This document shows positions 44,834 through 55,390 of a DNA stretch of 64,000 nt, one piece after another; position 1 is the stretch's first letter, and each line of letters starts with the position of its first letter. Origin of the DNA: a virus (Duplodnaviria; Caudoviricetes); the IMG/VR virus record IMGVR_UViG_3300017791_000021, positions 1-64,000 of that record. One strand, given 5' to 3'. The notes below the pieces were generated by a model that searched no databases, was not told where the DNA came from, and saw only the letters and a program-made list of their open reading frames with translations. Position numbers and translations under genes: made by a program.

Positions 44834-45880
44834 TTATTCCTTTGTTGTAGCTAGCTCTAGAGTTCTTGCGAAAATCTCTTCCTTAAGGTCTAGATTACTA
44901 CGAATATCCTCAACCATCGGATCTCTACCTTGCCACTTGAATTCTTCCCCATCCTTAGTGGTGTAATTGAACCAAGCACCACCACGACGAATGACCTTGA
45001 AGAGCACAGCCATGGTGATGATGTCCTTTACTAGATCGAACTCACCAGCATGGAATCCCTTTACAGAATCCAGGAAGTAGAAGTCTCCCATAGCAACAGA
45101 CTTAGGCGCTGCTGCCTTGTTCTTCTCCATCAGGTATTTGTTGGTCTGCCCAACCTTTACCTTTCCAGCAATACCATCGACCTTTTCTTCAATCCACTCA
45201 TCTCGGGATACAAGAACTCGCTGATAAAAGGCATAGTTCTTTGCCTTTCCTCCCGGAGTGGTAGTTGGGGTTCCATACGGAGAAAAAGAACCAACTGCAT
45301 CACGCAATTGATTAACGAAGAAACCAATGTAAGGACGCTCCTTGTTGAATGTTCCTCCTACCTTGCGGAAGAACTGTCCAGTACGTCTTGCACCAAGAGT
45401 CATGGAGTTCTGATCCATGGTCTTCTCTTCCTCTTCAGAGGCAGCAAGAGCAGGATAACTATCAAGCACGATGCAGTCAAACTCATGGGAGAACGCAGCA
45501 TCAAGTACCATCTGGTACGCCAACTCCATATTGCTGGTTGGCATAACGATTACACGAGAGTTGTCAACGCCATTCTTTTCTGCCCACTCCATGTCATAGT
45601 GCTCAGAAGCAACCCAGAATGTCATGAAGCTAGGATCTAATGCCTGATTAGCGGCAATAGTTCGCAGAATAATAGAAGTCTTTCCGTTACTCTCCTTACC
45701 ATAAACCTCTACCCATTGATTTCCTGGCCATCCTCCACCTAACGCCACATCTAACGCCAGTAGACCAGAGGTAAACTTCTTTGGAATTACCATGTCGGAT
45801 GCCATCGTAAGCAATGGCTTTCCGTCCTTCTCTAACTGCTTATTCATCTTTGCTAAGAAAGCAACAGCAGAATCACTCAA
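44834..45880 (-). CDS. recA: RecA/UvsX recombinase
   Basis: SG...LDVALGGG.P, GKESNGKT, VLDS, NQLR, TPGG. Confidence 0.93.
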   Translation of the reverse strand: MSDSAVAFLAKMNKQLEKDGKPLLTMASDMVIPKKFTSGLLALDVALGGGWPGNQWVEVYGKESNGKTSIILRTIAANQALDPSFMTFWVASEHYDMEWAEKNGVDNSRVIVMPTSNMELAYQMVLDAAFSHEFDCIVLDSYPALAASEEEEKTMDQNSMTLGARRTGQFFRKVGGTFNKERPYIGFFVNQLRDAVGSFSPYGTPTTTPGGKAKNYAFYQRVLVSRDEWIEEKVDGIAGKVKVGQTNKYLMEKNKAAAPKSVAMGDFYFLDSVKGFHAGEFDLVKDIITMAVLFKVIRRGGAWFNYTTKDGEEFKWQGRDPMVEDIRSNLDLKEEIFARTLELATTKE

Positions 45881-46243
45881 AGTATCTCCCTTAAATAGCG
45901 TAGGGGCCGGTAGAAACCTACTCTACCAGCCCCTACTGACATTGTCTAGTGTCTAGAACCAGTCAAAATCTCCGTCACCGAAGTACCAAATACCTCCGAG
46001 TGCCAGCAAGATAATGCCCAGCCATACAGGTCCATGGGACAACAGAACGATGACTCCTGCAATTACGCATATAAGTTCAAACATTCTTCGGCCAACCGTA
46101 CATATTCTTCCAGGTCTCCATGTCACCTGTTGCAGCCACGTACTGAATGGTCAGCAGGAAAAGCTTAATCCGCTGGACATTCTCATAGAAATTATCGCTG
46201 CGCTCTTCCCAAATGACCTTCAGTGCGTCAAGCATTTTATCTC

Positions 46244-48172
46244 CTAAGCGACTAGATCAACTGTTTCGCAGCCTCCATCAGCAGTACAAGCTAGAGACTG
46301 TGTTCCTACTGTCTGATCGTACAATTCATACCAGCTAAGGTCTTCCCACGGAAGCTCCTTCGGCATGGCTGCTACTAAATCATCGTACTGTTCTCTTGTC
46401 AAGTCCTCGTAAGGAGCCTGCTTGTAAACGTGATCAGAGTACGGAAGAAATGCCACTCCAGAGATCTCATCGAAGTGCTTCCATACCCAAGCGGCTGTAT
46501 CCAGCCACTCATCTTCCTTGATGGTGATCGTAACAGATGGCTTGTGCTCTGTAAAGTGTCGCTGATACGCAAGCCATAGATCCAGGTGAGGAATAGCACC
46601 AAGATCTGTACGAGTCAAAGCATTCTCTGGAGCTGCAACGGGGAATCCGAATACAACAGCAGAGGAATTCATTACATCATCTTCATAAGGAACTCCTGCG
46701 TCAATCATTAGACGAGTTAGAGGGTCCTTCTTATCGGCGCGTACATTTCTACGGTAATACTTTGCGTGCCAGGTGTGCATACCACTAGCAGCATTGGCTA
46801 GCTGAGAGGTAGTACCCTCTGGCTTCACACAAGTTACAGCAGCAGACGGAACGATGTCAAGCTTACGTGCCCACTGCTTATTGACAGCTACAGCTACCTT
46901 GCGCAGCTCATCAAGCCACGCATTCATGATGTCATGTCCTTCAGAACCATTCAAGACAGCGTGACCCATCTGTCCAGTCATGGACACACCTAGCAGACGC
47001 TCAGCCTCAGTATTCTCACGCCAAATAGGACGGAGATAGTTGAAATCAGTAAGCGTGGACTGAATAGTTCCGAAGATAGCAGCAGCCTTGATCTTATCCA
47101 TAAGATCTAATAGAGAATCCTCTGGATTAACTACCACGGTTGATAGATTACAGAACTGATATGGTCGCAGGATGATTTCGGAGCAGGGATTTGTGCCGTA
47201 ATCAATCGAATCGGATCTCTTTCCGTACTTTGCAGCCTGCTTTTGGGAGGCTTCTCTATTGAAAATACCTCTCTCGCCTGACTTGGAATCATAAATAGTC
47301 TTCCATTCCTGCATGAATACAGATTGTGTTGGACGCTTATCGTAAACCGCAGAGACGTTAGCCAGTCCACGGTACTGATGCTCAATGTACCACTCACCTG
47401 ACTTAGCTGTGGCTAGATCCTGGTCATCAAGATCAGTCAGAGCAATCAGAGCGGAACGACGCACGCCACCTACGACTACAACAGATGCAATCTTGCAGAC
47501 GATATCAAACACTTCAAGGGTGGTCAACTTACGACCGACAGCGTTGGTAAAGATCTTGGTGACGAACTCAAACAGTTCTACCAGCGGTTCAGGACCACTG
47601 GAACGGCCTCCAAACGTCTTCAGACGGCTGCCTGCGGGGCGAACACCACTGACATCCCATGTGGGTATGATCCCCACGTACAAGGCTGCCACAACGGCTC
47701 TCAGAGCCTTGGCCCAACCCTCTTTGGAGTCCTCTACAACGACGTGAAAATCAATAGTACGTAGATCACCACGACCAACGACAGGAAGTTTGTCAACGTA
47801 TCTCTTTTCTACTGAGAAACCTACACCAGTTCCATTCATGAGAATATACAGCAGCTCATCGAAAGCCACTACGTCATCAATGGGTAGATAGGAACAGTTG
47901 TATCCAGCAATATTGGAACGCTCCAGTGCTGGACCAGCAGTCATCAGGGCACGCATTGAGCCCAAAGCTTCCAGCCCTACAAACTTCTCCCTAAGGAATG
48001 GGAGATCGGCTGACAAATCATAAGAATAATTCTCTGCTAGATGCTCTGATAGAAAATTGAGATATCTATCAGAACTCTCCTCCCAAAATTCTCTTCGTTG
48101 ATTCTCCTCATCCCAGCGGGCGTATCGAGAAATGGCAATGAAAGACTGATATGGGCTCATATGTGTGGTCAC
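46244..48172 (-). CDS. nrdJ: Class II (B12-dependent) ribonucleotide reductase
   Basis: YNCSY, GTGVGFS, GGVRRSALI, TNPCSEI, FCNL, TCVKPEGT, C-terminal ACTADGGC. Confidence 0.95.
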   Translation of the reverse strand: MTTHMSPYQSFIAISRYARWDEENQRREFWEESSDRYLNFLSEHLAENYSYDLSADLPFLREKFVGLEALGSMRALMTAGPALERSNIAGYNCSYLPIDDVVAFDELLYILMNGTGVGFSVEKRYVDKLPVVGRGDLRTIDFHVVVEDSKEGWAKALRAVVAALYVGIIPTWDVSGVRPAGSRLKTFGGRSSGPEPLVELFEFVTKIFTNAVGRKLTTLEVFDIVCKIASVVVVGGVRRSALIALTDLDDQDLATAKSGEWYIEHQYRGLANVSAVYDKRPTQSVFMQEWKTIYDSKSGERGIFNREASQKQAAKYGKRSDSIDYGTNPCSEIILRPYQFCNLSTVVVNPEDSLLDLMDKIKAAAIFGTIQSTLTDFNYLRPIWRENTEAERLLGVSMTGQMGHAVLNGSEGHDIMNAWLDELRKVAVAVNKQWARKLDIVPSAAVTCVKPEGTTSQLANAASGMHTWHAKYYRRNVRADKKDPLTRLMIDAGVPYEDDVMNSSAVVFGFPVAAPENALTRTDLGAIPHLDLWLAYQRHFTEHKPSVTITIKEDEWLDTAAWVWKHFDEISGVAFLPYSDHVYKQAPYEDLTREQYDDLVAAMPKELPWEDLSWYELYDQTVGTQSLACTADGGCETVDLVA

Positions 48173-48206
48173 GTTATACTACTCCGCTGGGATGAGTGGT
48201 TTATAT

Positions 48207-48605
48207 TTACAGGTGTTCTCCGCCACCAGCATTCAGGGTGGCAATTGCGCCTTGCATTGTCTGATTATCTCCAGACTGGCGTGCTGGCTGTGCTTCTCCC
48301 GGCTTTGTCTGGAGACTTCTTTCTCCGTAGCCAGACTGCTCAAAGCGAGGGTGATATCCGCACTCTCCACAGGCGATAGCATATGACCCCATTGTCATGT
48401 ACTTGTCGCTCCCACAGCCAGGACAGCGCCCACCTTCCTTAAGGCGGACGCTGGGAGTGTATTCCTGTTCCTGGCTAGGGATACTCTGAGAAGGCGGAGT
48501 TGCTGGGGGTATATTCGGTGAATTGTAAACCGGGTAGAGATCCCTTGACGGGAGTACCGCTGGCTTTACTTGTTCACCATTAAGTTTGTTCGCCCAAAAA
48601 CTCAT
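48207..48605 (-). CDS. Zinc-ribbon protein
   Basis: CPGCGS..CGECGY. Confidence 0.7.
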   Translation of the reverse strand: MSFWANKLNGEQVKPAVLPSRDLYPVYNSPNIPPATPPSQSIPSQEQEYTPSVRLKEGGRCPGCGSDKYMTMGSYAIACGECGYHPRFEQSGYGERSLQTKPGEAQPARQSGDNQTMQGAIATLNAGGGEHL

Positions 48606-49023
48606 CTGTTTCTCCGTATTGTATTAATCCTTTTTGAAGCATATGAGAGACAACTGTTTCTGCAATAGCTGTTCCCAATTTCACATTGTGAATCCTGAAT
48701 TTGAGTTTTTCTTCATCAGGCAACTCACTCATCATTTCGTCATTACGAATGAGTGCCAAAGAAGCGGACTCCGCTGCCATATAACACAGCAATGAGAAGT
48801 CCATACCAAAGGGAAGCATTGAATGCTTGCGAGTCCACATCTCTTTAGCTTCAGCTTCAAGGACATCAGGACTAGCAGGCTGTTGACCATACTTCCCTGG
48901 CTCATCACGCATTCGAGTGGGGCCAATCATGTCCCACATCATCGAACGGGAAAGTTCAGTGGTAAGCGCCTGCCACGGGTCAATGGGCGCGACAGGCGAT
49001 ACCTCTTCGAACGGATCTACCAT
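48580..49023 (-). CDS. Hypothetical protein
   Basis: Abuts the polymerase stop; RBS AAGGA. Confidence 0.7.
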   Translation of the reverse strand: MVDPFEEVSPVAPIDPWQALTTELSRSMMWDMIGPTRMRDEPGKYGQQPASPDVLEAEAKEMWTRKHSMLPFGMDFSLLCYMAAESASLALIRNDEMMSELPDEEKLKFRIHNVKLGTAIAETVVSHMLQKGLIQYGETDEFLGEQT

Positions 49024-51063
49024 TTATTCCTTCGCTTCCGACCATCTCTGGCACACTACGACATCACCAACATCCAATGGGACCTTGATGAGATCCTGAA
49101 TTTCGCTACCAAGCATAGCTTCTCTAAGCATTTCACTGCCTTCCTCTGCTCTATCTTCCGGACAAAGAATGACAAGCTCATCGTGCACTGAAAGAATCAT
49201 GTGGATCTCTCGACCTGGATTCTTCAGGGCATCTTCTGATAGTAGCTTATGCATCCGTACCATTGCAAGCTTGATGATGTCACCAAGCGAACCCTGAACC
49301 AGACTGTTGATGACCTGACGCTCACCTCTTGCGAGAATAGAACGCTCAGCTCTCCAAGGCTGGGAAGGATCATACCATTCCAGCTTCGGAGCCTCCCGAC
49401 GTGCTACCTCAGGAAGAACCTCCCATACCCTACGCTTGCGACCCATGAGGGTACGAATGTGCGGGTCAGTCTTACGGCTCTTGGCAAGCTTCAGGATGTA
49501 ATCCTTGAACTTGTAGATCTCAGGGAATGCCTTACGGTGATCCTCTAGAAGTTGTTCGGCTTCTTCCACCGTAATCTTCAGCGTCTTTGCAACCTTATCC
49601 TTTTGTGCTCCATAAACAATAGCGAAGTTCAGTGTCTTAGCTGCACTACGCATCCACTTCTCTACCTGATCAACTGGCACACCATAAACCAGCGCTGCTG
49701 TCTGAGTGTGCGCGTCAATCCCAGCATGGAAACCGTCGTACAGACCACCATATCCGATCATGGATGCCAGAATGCGCAGTTCCATCTGGCCATAGTCAGC
49801 CACAAGGAGCTTATATCCAGGCGGAGCCATGAACAGACCACGAATCTTCTTACCGAGATCGGTATCCGGTCGTGGGATGTTCTGTAGATTTGGTTCCCTA
49901 GAAGAGAATCGACCTGTAACAGTACCATACTGAACCAGGTCGGTGTGAATACGTCCATCAAAAATACGACACGGCTTATCACTCTCTTCGTCACCAATGT
50001 ATCCGATGACATACGTGTTGAGAATCTTAGCCATTTCCTGGTATTCCAGGAGTGCATCTACTACAGGATTCCCTGCGTACTTCTCCAGGGTTTCCGCGTC
50101 AGTAGATGGGAGACCTGTCTTCTTAGAGAACTTGAGAGGCTTTAGTGCTTGCCCTCCCTCTTTCTTTTTCCCGAATAGGATCTCCTGCTTTTGGGGAACT
50201 GAGTTAATGTTGAATACTTTACCAGCAGCACGATAGATTTTTGCTTCGATCAATTCGAGCTGATGAGTCAGGTCAACCTTCAGTTCCTCAATCGCCTGTA
50301 CGTCCACAGGAGCGCCGATCAGGCCCATTTGGCAGCAGACTTCCGTCACCTGGTTTTCAAGCCCGGAGATGTCCTGTAGAGCCTCTTCTAGCAGGCGTGG
50401 AGTGAACTTCCTCCACAGCAACCAGTCGTACCGAGCGTCAAGCAGGATGTACCGAGCAACAGAGGAGAACGGGTGAGCCTCAATGCACTTACCAACTTCC
50501 TCCTTGTCATAGTCTACGCTGTAGTACCACTTGATAAGCGTCTTGAGCTTCTTAGCAATGGGACGCTTAGGTCCCGCTGCCATCTGCCCAATGTTCTCAT
50601 CAATGAGCCACTGCTGAACAATGGTGTCCTCAAAAGGACCAGGGATAATCTCATCGTAGTACTTAGCGATAGAGATTACGTCGAACGTTTCGTTATGCGC
50701 AATCTTCTTGATCTTAGGATTGAAGAATAGCGGACGAAGAATTTCGAATACCACGCTGGGCTTTAGCTGTACAGGTGGAGCATCGTAGATCGGAGGATGG
50801 CTGACAAACTTCTTTGTCTCGGCATCCTTCTTTCGGTGTGCTCGCTGTAGCAGTACATCCCCGTTGGGATGACCCATAGGGATAGCAATGGTACGTCCGT
50901 GTGTAGCAAGAGCAATCCACACCACGCTGTTCTGTGTCGGCACGCCACGAGTATTCGGGAGCGCTCCATCCATAGACTCAACGTCGAATGCAAAAGCATC
51001 CTGCCTCATGAAGTAAGCAACTTCTCTGCGAAGCTCTTCTTCAGTGAAGATTACGCCTTCCAT
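49024..51063 (-). CDS. polA: Family A DNA polymerase (3'-5' exo plus pol)
   Basis: FDVE, HNETFD, TGRFSS..PNLQNIP, DYGQMELR, AKTLNFAIVYG, VHDEL. Confidence 0.96.
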   Translation of the reverse strand: MEGVIFTEEELRREVAYFMRQDAFAFDVESMDGALPNTRGVPTQNSVVWIALATHGRTIAIPMGHPNGDVLLQRAHRKKDAETKKFVSHPPIYDAPPVQLKPSVVFEILRPLFFNPKIKKIAHNETFDVISIAKYYDEIIPGPFEDTIVQQWLIDENIGQMAAGPKRPIAKKLKTLIKWYYSVDYDKEEVGKCIEAHPFSSVARYILLDARYDWLLWRKFTPRLLEEALQDISGLENQVTEVCCQMGLIGAPVDVQAIEELKVDLTHQLELIEAKIYRAAGKVFNINSVPQKQEILFGKKKEGGQALKPLKFSKKTGLPSTDAETLEKYAGNPVVDALLEYQEMAKILNTYVIGYIGDEESDKPCRIFDGRIHTDLVQYGTVTGRFSSREPNLQNIPRPDTDLGKKIRGLFMAPPGYKLLVADYGQMELRILASMIGYGGLYDGFHAGIDAHTQTAALVYGVPVDQVEKWMRSAAKTLNFAIVYGAQKDKVAKTLKITVEEAEQLLEDHRKAFPEIYKFKDYILKLAKSRKTDPHIRTLMGRKRRVWEVLPEVARREAPKLEWYDPSQPWRAERSILARGERQVINSLVQGSLGDIIKLAMVRMHKLLSEDALKNPGREIHMILSVHDELVILCPEDRAEEGSEMLREAMLGSEIQDLIKVPLDVGDVVVCQRWSEAKE

Positions 51064-51327
51064 TTAATCGATATCCTCTCCGGGTGCCATGAACTGAATG
51101 AAGTAGTAGTCGTATCCGTATTGTCCCTCCCTCTTGATGAGAACCATATCGTCCAGAGAATCCCAGTGCTCCCAAGAGTAGTCATCAAAGTGACCCTTCT
51201 TTTCCCACTCCTTCAGCTTTCCAAATGCTGTCTCGTATTCCCATGCGAACTGTACATCATCCTGATCATGCCTGCCATAGCCATCATAGACGTAGTGGCG
51301 GATCATCCAGATACCATCAGGTTCCAT
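51064..51327 (-). CDS. Acidic hypothetical protein
   Basis: MEPDG start with AGGAGG RBS. Confidence 0.65.
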   Translation of the reverse strand: MEPDGIWMIRHYVYDGYGRHDQDDVQFAWEYETAFGKLKEWEKKGHFDDYSWEHWDSLDDMVLIKREGQYGYDYYFIQFMAPGEDID

Positions 51328-51399
51328 CGTTCCTCCTAAGTAAAAGAGCCCCTTGACCAGTAGGTGTAATCTACCAGCCAAGGGGCTCTTCGTCAATCA

Positions 51400-52128
51400 C
51401 TAGCTGCGGTTACGCTTCTGGGGAAGATCAGAAGGCAGAACCTCAGCCGCTACGTCCTCAAGGTAGTCCAGAGTGTTGATGTAGACAACCTCAGCGCCGT
51501 AACGATCCTCATTCAGCTCTGCAATCTCTTCCTCGTTCAGAGGCTCAAGAGAGTGCTCCTCAATCAGGTAGCGAGAACGAAGGAAGCCAACGTTCGTACC
51601 TGGAGCGGAGCGACCAGCCACCTTGACGTGACGAACCTCAAAGTAGGAACCGATGTCGTCAAGCGCTGCCTTCTCCTCAGCGATAGTCTGAAGCTGAGAA
51701 GAAACCTCAGTGCCGAACGTCCAAGTCTTAACCTCAGTCGGATCGTCAACCAGGTCAACAACGTTCATGACGAAGGTCCAGGACGCACGAACACCAGCCG
51801 CACACAGCGGGCAACCGCTCTGAGTGCAAGTGTAGTAGCGGTTCTTGGAGTTGACGTAGTGTCGCTTGTACTTGACGGGCGGAGCGGCGTCAAGAATCTT
51901 GATAACGCGAGTACCAGCATCCTTCAGCTTGAGAACAGGTGCCTTAACAGTCTCGGCACGCTCCTCCTGCTTAGCACCCCAACCAGAGGAAACAGCAGAG
52001 CGAGTAACACGCGGAGCAGGGGTGTCAGCCTCATCAGAAGTGTAAACCTCGCGCTCAACGTCGTGCGGCATGTCCATGTTGGAAGTGTCAGCGTCAGAAG
52101 TGACACGGGTACGGGTGATCTTAGCCAT
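51400..52128 (-). CDS. Single-stranded DNA-binding protein (gp32-like)
   Basis: H..C..CPLC zinc motif, acidic C-terminal region, strong codon bias, next to polA. Confidence 0.68.
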   Translation of the reverse strand: MAKITRTRVTSDADTSNMDMPHDVEREVYTSDEADTPAPRVTRSAVSSGWGAKQEERAETVKAPVLKLKDAGTRVIKILDAAPPVKYKRHYVNSKNRYYTCTQSGCPLCAAGVRASWTFVMNVVDLVDDPTEVKTWTFGTEVSSQLQTIAEEKAALDDIGSYFEVRHVKVAGRSAPGTNVGFLRSRYLIEEHSLEPLNEEEIAELNEDRYGAEVVYINTLDYLEDVAAEVLPSDLPQKRNRS

Positions 52129-52175
52129 TAATGTAGCTCCTTATTTGAATGCACTTGGGCATATAGGAAAGGTTA

Positions 52176-52442
52176 TTACGGAAGGACACGAGTAATCAAG
52201 GAACCCTTGTTACTCGTCATTGAGCGAGCCCATGTAAGGTCTGCGCCCTGAATCTCGTTCAGCATATCAGAGATTTCCTCTCCGACTGCACTGAGATCCG
52301 AATCAGCGGGAACGTTCTTCTTAATGCTAGTGAAGACTGACATCTTCTCATACTGGACGACAGCGAGTTCCCAGCTCCTTGAGTAGGTGATCTCTAGCGT
52401 ATCACCTTGCTCTGACACTGTCATCTTGTCGATCGGAATCAC
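52176..52442 (-). CDS. Hypothetical protein
   Basis: GTGA-coupled; start uncertain. Confidence 0.55.
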   Translation of the reverse strand: MIPIDKMTVSEQGDTLEITYSRSWELAVVQYEKMSVFTSIKKNVPADSDLSAVGEEISDMLNEIQGADLTWARSMTSNKGSLITRVLP

Positions 52443-52870
52443 GTCTGCAACAGGCTCTGAAACAACTTCAGGGCTTTCTGTTGAAACAACGTCTCCGACA
52501 GCCTCTTTCCTTTGTCTGGCAGCCATACTCCCTCTTCCTTTGCGATCTTGACCAACCCCTCAACCATAGCACGGGTGTACATTCTGCGTCTACCCCGTGG
52601 GTCTGCGGAAGGCTTGGTGTATGGAGACTTGGGTAGGATACCGTCTTGCTCCCACTTGCGCAAGGTCACTGCTGACCTATTGCCTAGGGCCTTGCCCAAC
52701 TGGCCGATGGAAAAGAACTCTTGCTCTTTCCCACCGACCAGAAAGGTAAAGGGTTTGGCATCCCACTTCTCGGTTTCCTTCTCCTGTGCCTTGTTCATCT
52801 GCTCAAAGAGCAGTGGAACTTGAGAACCTGGGAAGGTCTTTAGAAATCTATCGATTTGGTCAGATGCCAA
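52439..52870 (-). CDS. MerR-type HTH DNA-binding protein
   Basis: FSIGQLGKALG..TLRKWEQDGILP..RRMYT. Confidence 0.82.
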   Translation of the reverse strand: MASDQIDRFLKTFPGSQVPLLFEQMNKAQEKETEKWDAKPFTFLVGGKEQEFFSIGQLGKALGNRSAVTLRKWEQDGILPKSPYTKPSADPRGRRRMYTRAMVEGLVKIAKEEGVWLPDKGKRLSETLFQQKALKLFQSLLQT

Positions 52871-53344
52871 TTAGTACCCACAATCATAGTCAAACTGAAC
52901 GACAGACTCCGGAGTAACTACAATCTTGGTGTCATTACCGAATACAGAACGCAAGGCATCCTCAAATGCTCCATCATCAACAGGAACGTTGACCTTCAGT
53001 ATCCAGGCACCGTCAGGGTGTGAACTGTAGTGCTCATAGTCGTATTCGTCGTAATAGATATCCTCATCAGGATAGGCGATTTCCATATCCGGCTCAGACT
53101 CCTCTAGCCAGGCACGCGCAACTTCCGCGTTGGAAGTCAGCTTAGCCTCACGAACAGAGAACTCGCAAGGCTCTCCGTCGTTCCAACCAGGAGTGTACTG
53201 TTCCCACATGACTGCCTTGACACCCTGCTCAAAGGCTAGCTTAAAGTAGGGGTACAGCTCCTCAATGGGCTTCTGAATAGCACGAGACCAACCGCCGTAG
53301 CTTCCCTTTACTGCCATACCCATAAACACAGTACTGTTACCCAT
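52871..53344 (-). CDS. Conserved phage hypothetical protein
   Basis: WEQYTPGWNDGEPCEF motif. Confidence 0.75.
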   Translation of the reverse strand: MGNSTVFMGMAVKGSYGGWSRAIQKPIEELYPYFKLAFEQGVKAVMWEQYTPGWNDGEPCEFSVREAKLTSNAEVARAWLEESEPDMEIAYPDEDIYYDEYDYEHYSSHPDGAWILKVNVPVDDGAFEDALRSVFGNDTKIVVTPESVVQFDYDCGY

Positions 53345-53731
53345 TTACTCTCCCTTATTGAATACGTCATTAAAGTTGCCAACTTCTTTGCGAATTGCCC
53401 CAGACATCCAACGAGTTTCATCAGAATTGTGTGGGATATTCTTCAGGTAATGCTCAGGACTTGGAAGGAATCCCAGATCCTCTACGATGTGCCGTTCTGC
53501 AATGAGACGAACAGGCACTTGAATTGTCTTAGTGTTCTTCTGAACAGCAATAGTCTTACCGAATAGATCCTCACACAGGTAAACACCTAGCGTGTGATGA
53601 TACATGGCGCGATGACGATAGTCACCGAATGTCTTCTTAGAGGAGTCAATGAATTCCTCAATAGGAAGATAGTCTTCTGGGGTACCGCCCCACTTGTGTG
53701 AGGCGGACACCGCATGATACCAGCTATTCAA
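53345..53731 (-). CDS. Conserved hypothetical protein (DUF6915-like)
   Basis: HA.S..KWGG..DY..DSSK..RHRA..H..VR.IAE.H..ED.G..P. Confidence 0.75.
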   Translation of the reverse strand: MNSWYHAVSASHKWGGTPEDYLPIEEFIDSSKKTFGDYRHRAMYHHTLGVYLCEDLFGKTIAVQKNTKTIQVPVRLIAERHIVEDLGFLPSPEHYLKNIPHNSDETRWMSGAIRKEVGNFNDVFNKGE

Positions 53732-53915
53732 TTACTCGTACCTCATCGATCTCAAAGTTCTCCATGAAATGGTTCTCCAGATCAAAGTAGAGCTGATCGA
53801 TAATGGGCTGCCAGTCTTCCAGCTCATCGGACTCAGCAATGGCGCGCTCAAGCTCAGGAGTGAGCGGAACGTACATGTTAGAGAAGCCCCAGAAGCTCAC
53901 TACAGCAGTTCTCAT
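53724..53915 (-). CDS. Acidic hypothetical protein
   Basis: ATGA-coupled. Confidence 0.6.
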   Translation of the reverse strand: MRTAVVSFWGFSNMYVPLTPELERAIAESDELEDWQPIIDQLYFDLENHFMENFEIDEVRVIE

Positions 53916-54115
53916 CGGCCGTACTCCTTAACCTCAGCCTTGTAGGTCTTGTGCTCACCCTTGGCCCACTTGTACAGCTCCTCAGTGAATCCCCAGTCCG
54001 CGCGAAGCAGGTCAAGAGTCACGATGAAGTCAAGCAGCTCATCATTCGTAAGCTGATCAGACAACTCACGAGCAATGTACTCAGGGTCAAGAGGGATTAC
54101 TACACTGAATTCCAC
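53912..54115 (-). CDS. Hypothetical protein
   Basis: GGAGG RBS. Confidence 0.6.
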   Translation of the reverse strand: MEFSVVIPLDPEYIARELSDQLTNDELLDFIVTLDLLRADWGFTEELYKWAKGEHKTYKAEVKEYGR

Positions 54116-54354
54116 TATGCCTCCACGATTTCGAAATACTTATCAAGGTGAGCTTCGCACACGAGATCGACTTCATCCTCGTAATACCAAGCGTTGCGCA
54201 TCATGTGCCCGTGATCCTCTTCCACACTGCGACACTTGACGAGATAGTACACTTCCTGGTCATCCGGGTCAATCCAGATAGCCATGATCTCAATGGTTGC
54301 TGCGTTTCGGCCTACCTCAAACTCGTTATTGAGGAATTGCCCAACCTCATACAC
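54115..54354 (-). CDS. Acidic hypothetical protein
   Basis: GTG start with GGGAGG RBS. Confidence 0.55.
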   Translation of the reverse strand: MYEVGQFLNNEFEVGRNAATIEIMAIWIDPDDQEVYYLVKCRSVEEDHGHMMRNAWYYEDEVDLVCEAHLDKYFEIVEA

Positions 54355-54634
54355 TAACAGCCTCCCAAGCAACGGTAGTGATCTCAACAGGATGAACCTG
54401 AGTGGCCTCTACGTATCCGCGAGAGTCTTCCCATCGATCCTGTCCGTCTTGCATCTCGGTAGCAGGGTCCATGTAGTCAACCATGTAATGGTTTCCATCA
54501 TCAGCCAGGAATACCAGCTCAAGAACGGAATACCAACGACGCTTGTCTACAGTTTCCTCATGGATAGCGCCCCATGGAAGGTCATACTGCTCTTCTAGTT
54601 CTTCTACAGTGAAGTTCCTGGTAATTGGTGCCAT
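54347..54634 (-). CDS. Hypothetical protein
   Basis: RRW..VF..ATEMQ motif common in phage hypotheticals. Confidence 0.7.
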   Translation of the reverse strand: MAPITRNFTVEELEEQYDLPWGAIHEETVDKRRWYSVLELVFLADDGNHYMVDYMDPATEMQDGQDRWEDSRGYVEATQVHPVEITTVAWEAVSV

Positions 54635-54691
54635 GCTATTCCTCTCTAGTTATCCATAACCACTCCCACATAGTGGGAATGATTAAAGCTA

Positions 54692-55330
54692 CTAGCAGTG
54701 ATAGTCCACAACGGTGATAGCAAGGTTAGCTATCGGCTCTACGTCACGAAGGTAGTTCCAGTAATCATAGGCAGGATTCGGGGGGAATACAGAGTTGGGA
54801 TCGCCATCCTCATAACCCACACCATCCTTGTTGTACGTCTCTCGCTTGATGAACTCGCCATCAAGAGTCAGATAGGAATACGGACCGCTATCCATCCAAT
54901 CATACTTACCATGATTGCGCAAGGAAAGAGCATAGCCGATGGAAACAGTATTGACAGAACTTGTAGTAGAGACAACTCCTTCAAAGAACTTGCGCGCCTC
55001 ACTGGTCTCCCAGTAGTTATCCCAGCGTCCACCGATAACCCACCAATCCCAGTAACCCTGAGGATTCCAGGTGCTCAGCTTATAAGCGCCCTTCTCATCG
55101 GTGTAGGTGACAGAATTACTCCAGGAGAACGGGATCACATCGTTAGGGTCATCACCTTCGTGATAGCCCTTCTCGGCATACCATGCATTCGCGCTAGCAA
55201 TCTCCTTCTCGCTGTAGTAATCCTTATACTCAGGAACTTCCAGCTCCTCATAAAAAGGAGTCATCTTTTCCGTGATGTATTCCTCCACATCAACATCAGC
55301 AGGATGAATAACGTGCAGTACGTAGTGCAT
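54692..55330 (-). CDS. Conserved phage hypothetical protein
   Basis: NP...WDWWVIGGRW..VVDYHC signature. Confidence 0.78.
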   Translation of the reverse strand: MHYVLHVIHPADVDVEEYITEKMTPFYEELEVPEYKDYYSEKEIASANAWYAEKGYHEGDDPNDVIPFSWSNSVTYTDEKGAYKLSTWNPQGYWDWWVIGGRWDNYWETSEARKFFEGVVSTTSSVNTVSIGYALSLRNHGKYDWMDSGPYSYLTLDGEFIKRETYNKDGVGYEDGDPNSVFPPNPAYDYWNYLRDVEPIANLAITVVDYHC

Positions 55331-55390
55331 ATTCTCTCCTCTAGTAGTCCATAGACAGAGCTAGGTTTCCCTAGCCCTGACTAAAGCATA

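Noticed and set aside
44834-51063. Inteins or introns in RecA, NrdJ or PolA
   Set aside because: Protein lengths and motif spacing are normal; no splicing motifs or frame breaks
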